Assembly (NCBI GenBank): GCA_964016885.1
Contig: OZ024754.1
Coordinates: forward strand, 35,154,001 to 35,218,000
Length of the DNA stretch: 64,000 nucleotides
Origin: Eledone cirrhosa
Lineage: Eukaryota
Direction of reading: 5' to 3'
The notes below the pieces were generated by a model. It had not been told where the DNA came from. It worked only from the letters and a program-made list of their open reading frames with translations, and made no database searches. Below are positions 57,933-64,000 of the stretch, piece after piece; the stretch's first letter is position 1; each line of letters opens with the position of its first letter. The translations under genes and the position numbers were made by a program.

Positions 57933-58735
57933 TTCATATTAATCAATAATGTAGGGCTATTATATATCTGATTTTATATCTAAATTGCTTTCTCATCACT
58001 GTTTAATTAGTAATAGCACTATAATTGTTGTTGTTGTTGGGCCTCTGTTTGTTTCAGTGGATGAGTATTCTACTTGTTTGAACAATGAAACAGCCAGCAG
58101 GTAGCATGAGCATGCCACAGACATGTCTACCTTTAATGTAATTCTCAGTGAAATTCAACATGGTACAGTATGAAACAAGGCTTCCCCTTTGAATTACAGG
58201 TACAACTCGCTTTTGTCAGTTGAGTGGACTGAGGCAATGTGAAATAAAATGTCTTGCTCAAGGACACAATGTACTGTTGAGAATTGAACTCATGATCTTT
58301 TGATCATGAGCCAAACACTAACCACTGAACCCCATGCCTTCAAAGTGAAAGCACTAACACAGTGTAGTTCAGAATAAAGATGTATATGAACCCAGATTCT
58401 TTTATTCTTTTACCTGTTCTAGCCATCCAGCTGAGGCCATGCTGGGGTATGCAATATGTTTACATATGATTAACATACATCTAGCTTTGTTGTAAATATT
58501 TAAGCTGTGAACATGTTGCAGCTACATCAGCAACCTGTGTAAGCATGATAGATGCATTGTTAGCAGATGCTTACATACTCCTGGGTGCTGTTATCCTCTC
58601 TCTCCCACAAACTACACACACATTGAAGAGTAAAAACAAAAACTTAAAAGTTATTAATTAAATTATAAACATATTTATAAATTATATACTGGAAGATATA
58701 ATTGTGTATAATATCAACTTTTATTGGGTGTTTAA

Positions 58736-58934
58736 CCCTTTAGTATTTACATTATATTTACTATCATATTTTCATAGTAAATTATCTCACATAATATCAA
58801 ATCTATGAGATTTTGATATTATTTATTTTGAGAACAATACCTTAATATCAGTATGAGCGGCCAGTTACAGCTGGTTTGAACAGGAAAAGGTGAGAGAATT
58901 CTGGCCAGATATGGTCGGTTTAAATGCTAAAGGG
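58736..58934 (+). mobile_element. piggyBac-like MITE family 1
   Basis: TTAA|CCCTTTAGTATTTA ... TAAATGCTAAAGGG|TTAA. Confidence 0.88.
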
Positions 58935-59267
58935 TTAAATAGTGGAACCTCAGCAAATCATTCATTATTATATGATTTTTGTTTTTGAGGTATTCAGAAA
59001 GGTTTTGGGTATTTAAAAACTAATCAATATATCTCAGGAGACATCAATTATTTAGTTGTATATAAAAGTTAAATATGGCGCTGAAAATAAAAATAGAAAC
59101 TTTTAAAGTGCTATTAAGAAATATTATTATTATTATCTTCTGAAAATATCTGAAGTTTTGGTGTTGTTGATAAGAAATAACTTTTAAGCTAGAAAAGACT
59201 GTTTAAAAGTGGTTGGTTATGGTTAATATTGGATAATAATAATAATAATAATAATAATAGTAATAAT

Positions 59268-59410
59268 AATTGTTTCTACTTTAGGCACAAGGCCAGCAAT
59301 CACCCAGTGTATTACTGGTACTTTATTTTATCGACCCCGTAAGGATGAAAGGCAAAGTCAACCTCGGCGGGATTTGAACTCAGATCATAAAGGGACGTAA
59401 CTATGCTGGA
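59268..59410 (-). mobile_element. 5'-truncated family A SINE
   Basis: Family motifs, flanked by tggataataataat on both sides. Confidence 0.88.
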
Positions 59411-60101
59411 TAATAATAATAATGCATAATAATAATTGTTTCTGAATAATAATAATAATGCATAATGATAATTGTTTCTAAATAATGATAGTAATTTATT
59501 TTATTAGCCACAAGGGCCCAAGACGTGGTGGGGAGACAACAATACATGGACAAAAAGTAAAAAGAGGGGAGATAACCAAATGTAAAACAGTAGAGAACAA
59601 CAATGACTAGTTATAATAAATAGTCATGAGATAACAATAGAAAATAAGTAATATTGAGGAAAAGTTCTTCAATAGGAGAGGGCTGCATTTTAAGGTAATT
59701 CCAGGGACCCCCTTTACCCAGATTACCCTGTCACATCAAGGTAATTGATTTGACGGAAACTGACTATATTGAGAGAAATCAATAGACATCGATAATTACA
59801 ATTAATCACAAAACACTAAAACTAGTTTTAAAGATAATACTAACAAACATTAATAAACACCAATATAATGTTAACACTGGTTTTTGTGACTAGTAATACT
59901 AAAACATTCAGGTTTATTAATAATAAAATGTTAAAACTAATTTTATTATGTTACTAAACATTCAGGGACAGAAAAAGTTGACACAAAAATAACAACAAAA
60001 ACAAACAAAGGAGGTAAGTAGAAACATCTTGTTAATCATACAAAATTGATTTCAAACTAAATACAAAGATTTTACCAAAATATTTAAAGTTGATTGAATT
60101 A

Positions 60102-60161
<60 letters not shown>

Positions 60162-60193
60162 ATGTTTATATATGTATATATAATAAATATATA

Positions 60194-60265
<72 letters not shown>

Positions 60266-60290
60266 CATATATATATATATATATATATAT

Positions 60291-61082
60291 ACGTTATTCC
60301 GGGTTGAATCGGAGGTAACCACAGTAAGTAAGGTACTCAATACATAGCAGAGTATAAAAGTTTTAATATAGATGAGATTCTACAGGACTAGAACTGTTTC
60401 ATTCATTAGAAATCATCAGGAGTCTAGGTATCAAAAAATAAAAATGGTATTTATAGGTCTCTACAAGTGGTAGGAGAGGGTGGGGAGTGGGATGGGTGCA
60501 GGTCATTGGTTGATAGAAAAGGGAATTCATTAAAAGATAATTCTACAAAGCTATAGTTTATTTTTATTTATTTATGTTTTTAGAGTAACAAGGGCAGACA
60601 GAATTCTATAAACAGGTTCCGGATGGCATACCATTCCTTGTCATTAAGTTTCTTTTAAGCTAACAGATGTCTATAAAATCAGTGGGGGGGGGGGGGGGTC
60701 ATCCTTGTCATTAAGTTTCTCTTAAGCTAACAGATGTCTATAAAATCGACTGACCCCCCACTGATTTTATAGACATCTGTTAGCTTAAGAGAAACTTAAT
60801 GACAAGGAATGGTATGCCATCCGGAACCTGTTTATAGAATTCTGTCTGCCCTTGTTACTCTAAAAACATAAATAAATAAAAATAAACTATAGCTTTGTAG
60901 AATTAGCTTTTAATGAATTCCCTTTTCTATCAACCAATGACCTGCACTCATCCCACTCCCCACCCTCTCCTACCACTTGTAGAGACCTATAAATACCATT
61001 TTTATTTTTTGATACCCAGATTCCTGATGATTTCTAATGAATGAAACAGTTCTAGTCCTGTAGAATCTCATCTATATTAAAA

Positions 61083-61084
<2 letters not shown>
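60291..61084. mobile_element. Fold-back Penelope-like mini-element with arms of about 335 bp and a hammerhead in each arm
   Basis: Arms 60359-60701 and 60751-61084 (about 5 substitutions plus a G-run length difference). The spacer 60702-60747 duplicates part of the left arm. Unique tail 60291-60358, (TA)n flanks. Confidence 0.85.
61018..61068 (+). ncRNA. Type I hammerhead motif with complete stem I
   Basis: AGATTC-CTGATGA-TTTC-TAAT-GAAT-GAAA-CAG-TTCTAGTC-CTG-TA-GAATCT. Mirror copy at 60375-60425 on the minus strand. Confidence 0.78.
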
Positions 61085-61174
<90 letters not shown>

Positions 61175-61206
61175 ATGTTTATATATGTATATATAATAAA
61201 TATATA

Positions 61207-61271
<65 letters not shown>

Positions 61272-61282
61272 AATATATATTC

Positions 61283-61318
<36 letters not shown>

Positions 61319-61399
61319 ATATATATAGTATTAGAACTGATTTCTTGGGATAGAAACAACATTAACACTTAACATCCTGTACCACATGAAGTCACATTA

Positions 61400-62590
61400 G
61401 CAAAACATTAACTATGTCTGCATCACATTGAAAATAAAAGTCTTTGCTTTAAAACTGCAAATTTTCGCAACGATCTGTCTGCTAGTAAAGATATTATAAG
61501 CATTGGAATTAGCATCTCTATTTTTGGATATTTTTTGCTAAATTATTACAGGATATTAAAGCCAACTACCCCCCCCCCCCCACCAAGAATATGTAAGATT
61601 ATTGATTATTGTTTGTTTATGTCTCTATTCTTATACTGCAAATGTATACAATGATCTGTCCAGTAATGAAGATACTATAAACATTTGAATTAACAAACTC
61701 GTTTTGAGATATTTTCTGCTAAATCATTACAGGTATTTAAAAGTTCATTAAAAACCATTCATATACAACTTATTTTAGCCTCACATTAACTATTAGTCTT
61801 TAATCTAATATTATGCATGCTCATGGCAATCTGTCTACTAGTAAAGATACACTAAATATGTGAATCAACAAATTCATTTTCAGATATTATCTGCTAAATT
61901 CTTAAAACGTTATCAACAACCATGTATATGCAATATTGTTTTTAACATAATTGACCATACATTATATATTTGTCCTTTAATACTGCAAATTTTCATAACA
62001 ATCTGCTACTAGGAAAGATATTATAAATATTTAGCTTAACAAACCTGTTCCTAGATATTTTCTGCTAAATCATTACAGGATATTAGTGTCACTTAACAAT
62101 CATGCATATGTAACATTATTTTTGGCATAATTGATCACATCTCATTAAAAATTAGAGTCTTTACTCTTATATTGCAAATTTTCACAATGATCTGTCCACT
62201 AGTAAAGATACAATAAACATTTGAATTAACAATCTCGTTTTTAGATATTTTTGCCAAATAATGTGTTAAGAGATAATTGTTTCTACTTTAGGCACAAGGC
62301 CAGCAATTATCCAGTGCATTACTGGTACTTTATTTTATCGACCCCATAAGGATGAAAGGCAAAGTCAACCTCGGCGGGATTTGAACTCAGATCGTAAAGG
62401 GATGTAACTATGCTGGAAAGCATGGCGTCCGACCCTCTACCGATACTGCCAATCCACCGCCCTATGTGTTAAGAGATAATACTGCAAATTTTCACAATGA
62501 TCTGTCCACTAGTAAAGATACTGTAAACATTTGAATTAACAAACCTATTTTTAGATATTTTCTGCTAAATCATTACAGGATGTTAAGAGT
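61400..62590. repeat. Diverged tandem satellite, about six units of 170-190 bp
   Basis: actgcaaattttcacaatgatctgtccactagtaaagata...aaacatttgaattaacaa...gatattttctgctaaatcattacagg recurs near 61454, 61635, 61810, 61982, 62170 and 62481. Related units at about 31415-31680 and 39390-39500. Confidence 0.85.
62275..62463 (-). mobile_element. Full-length family A SINE inserted in the satellite
   Basis: 17-nt duplication atgtgttaagagataat (62261-62277, 62464-62480). Confidence 0.93.
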
Positions 62591-62665
62591 TAAATATGTA
62601 TAAGAAAAAAACAACCTTAAAGTGGTTGGGGAAGGGTTAAGAATTGTGAAAATCTGATTACTAAC

Positions 62666-62830
62666 CTTCCGTTCAGCTTCCTCTTCTTCAGCATCTGCTT
62701 GGTCTTGTTTCTGTTGCTCATCATAGGACATGGCAACAATGGCTAATATTAAATTAACCAGATAGAAAGATCCCAGAAAGATGACCAAAATAAAGAATAA
62801 TGCATGAATGGGACCTTCAGCTCGTATAAC
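62666..62830 (-). CDS. Nav1: Voltage-gated sodium channel alpha subunit, exon encoding the end of the domain I pore loop linker, IS6 and the start of loop I-II
   Basis: Translates to [78 protein letters not shown] is the conserved IS6 of para/SCN channels. Acceptor ttctttctttggtag, donor AAG|gttagt, 165 nt, phase 0/0. Confidence 0.96.
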
Positions 62831-62872
62831 CTACCAAAGAAAGAACAATCCACTGTTGTTATTTCTGTTGGG

Positions 62873-63092
62873 ATTAGGGGTAAGGGTTCTGTTAGGGTTA
62901 GGGGTTAGTGTTGGAGCTAAGGACAAGAGTTGGGGTTAGGGGTTAAGGTTAGGGATAAGTGTTAGGGTTAGAGATAAGTGTTGGGGTTAGGGGTAAGTGT
63001 TAGGGTTAGGGATAAGTGTTGGGGGTAGGTTAGGGTTGTGGTTAAGGTTATGGTTAAGTTAAAGAGTAGAATTAGGGTTACGGTTAGGGTAG
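62873..63092 (+). repeat. Degenerate interstitial (TTAGGG)n-like tract
   Basis: Many TTAGGG and variants, with a recurring unit of about 18 nt, gttagggttagggataagt. Confidence 0.8.
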
Positions 63093-63104
63093 CCTGAATG
63101 CAAA

Positions 63105-63378
63105 TGTCTCTGTATATGGACATATACAGTGAGCCACGTCATACATCAACTCCATCACTCACTTGGCAATCCCTGGCACTAGAGATTGTGACAGACCAAG
63201 GAAGATGTGGTTGGAGGGAGTGAAGAGTGACTTGTATAAATGGAACTTGGCCAATGTCGATACTATGGACAGAAATTCATGGAGAGTGGCTGTGAGACAT
63301 TGCCTGGTGCTGTCTACCTCTGAGTCTGGGACAACCGCAGCACCCTAAAGACCAAAACTGGATATGGATGGATGGATT
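63105..63378 (+). mobile_element. Decayed LINE 3' end (RTE-like) with (GGAT)n tail
   Basis: LAIPGTRDCDRPRKMWLEGVKSDL...TMDRNSWRVAV. Confidence 0.65.
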
Positions 63379-63389
63379 AGCACAATAAT

Positions 63390-64000
63390 TCTATCCAATG
63401 TTAGCAATTTGGAGATAGGGGAAATCAATTATATTGACCTTAGTACTTAACTGGTACTTTATTTTATCAACCTCAGAAGGATAAAAGGAAAAGTAGTTCT
63501 TGGCAGGATTTGAACTCAAAACATAGACAGTCATAACTAAACACCTCAAAGCATTCTGGCCAAACACTTTACCAATACTGCTAACTCACCATCCTAATAA
63601 TTATTTCTACATTTGGCACAAGGCCAGTAATTTGAAGGGGGGGGGGGTGTTGATTAAATCAACCCCAGTGCATGACTGGTACTTTATTTTATCGACCCCG
63701 TGAGGATGAAAGGCAAAGTTAACCTCGACAGGATTTGAAATCAGACCGTAAAGGGACGTAACTCTATGCTAGAAAGCATGGCGTCCAACCCTCTACCGAT
63801 ACTGCTAATCCACTGCCCTTATTATTAGTAATAATAACCGTTTCTACTTTAGGCACAAGGCCAGAAATTACCCAGTACATTACTGGTACTTTATTTTATC
63901 GACCCCCGTAAGGATGAAAGGCAAAGTTAACCTCGGTGGGATTTGAACTCAGAATAGTAAAGGCCGTAACTCTATGCTGCAAAGCATGGCGTCCGACCCT
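63390..64000 (-). mobile_element. Three adjacent family A SINE copies of different divergence
   Basis: Copies at about 63390-63595, 63597-63819 and 63836-64000, the last cut by the window end. Confidence 0.88.

Noticed and set aside
60803-60863. Short frame KLNDKEWYAIRNLFIEFCLPLLL as a Penelope endonuclease C-terminus
   Set aside because: Too short and too weakly similar to support.
62666-62830. Tetrodotoxin-resistance substitutions or species identification
   Set aside because: The pore-loop selectivity filter residues are not in this window, so nothing can be said.

Overview
Eukaryotic, very AT-rich genomic DNA dominated by (TA)n and related microsatellites. It is most likely from an octopus or other coleoid cephalopod, inferred from the SINE families and the channel sequence. 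The whole window lies inside one minus-strand voltage-gated sodium channel alpha-subunit gene (Nav1/para-like). Three phase-0 GT-AG exons join into one open frame: 62830-62666 (domain I S6), 37395-37183 and 20144-19674 (loop I-II). They are separated by introns of 25.3 kb and 17.0 kb, and no further exon was recognised in the last 19.7 kb. The introns hold about 30 copies of a tRNA-derived SINE (nearly all in one orientation, with one 202-bp tandem array), a second SINE family, RTE/CRE/CR1-type LINE fragments, two TTAA-flanked MITE families, satellites and a telomere-like tract. The most striking signal is about 12 short, mostly non-coding inserts, mostly inside (TA)n tracts, that carry hammerhead-ribozyme cores (CTGANGA...GAAA...NTH). 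Several of these are long fold-back elements and one sits beside a Penelope-type GIY-YIG fragment, which suggests Penelope-like or retrozyme-like mini-elements targeting (TA)n. Almost all long ORFs in the supplied track are microsatellite artefacts. Everything was read by eye, so repeat boundaries are approximate and no database search or folding was run.
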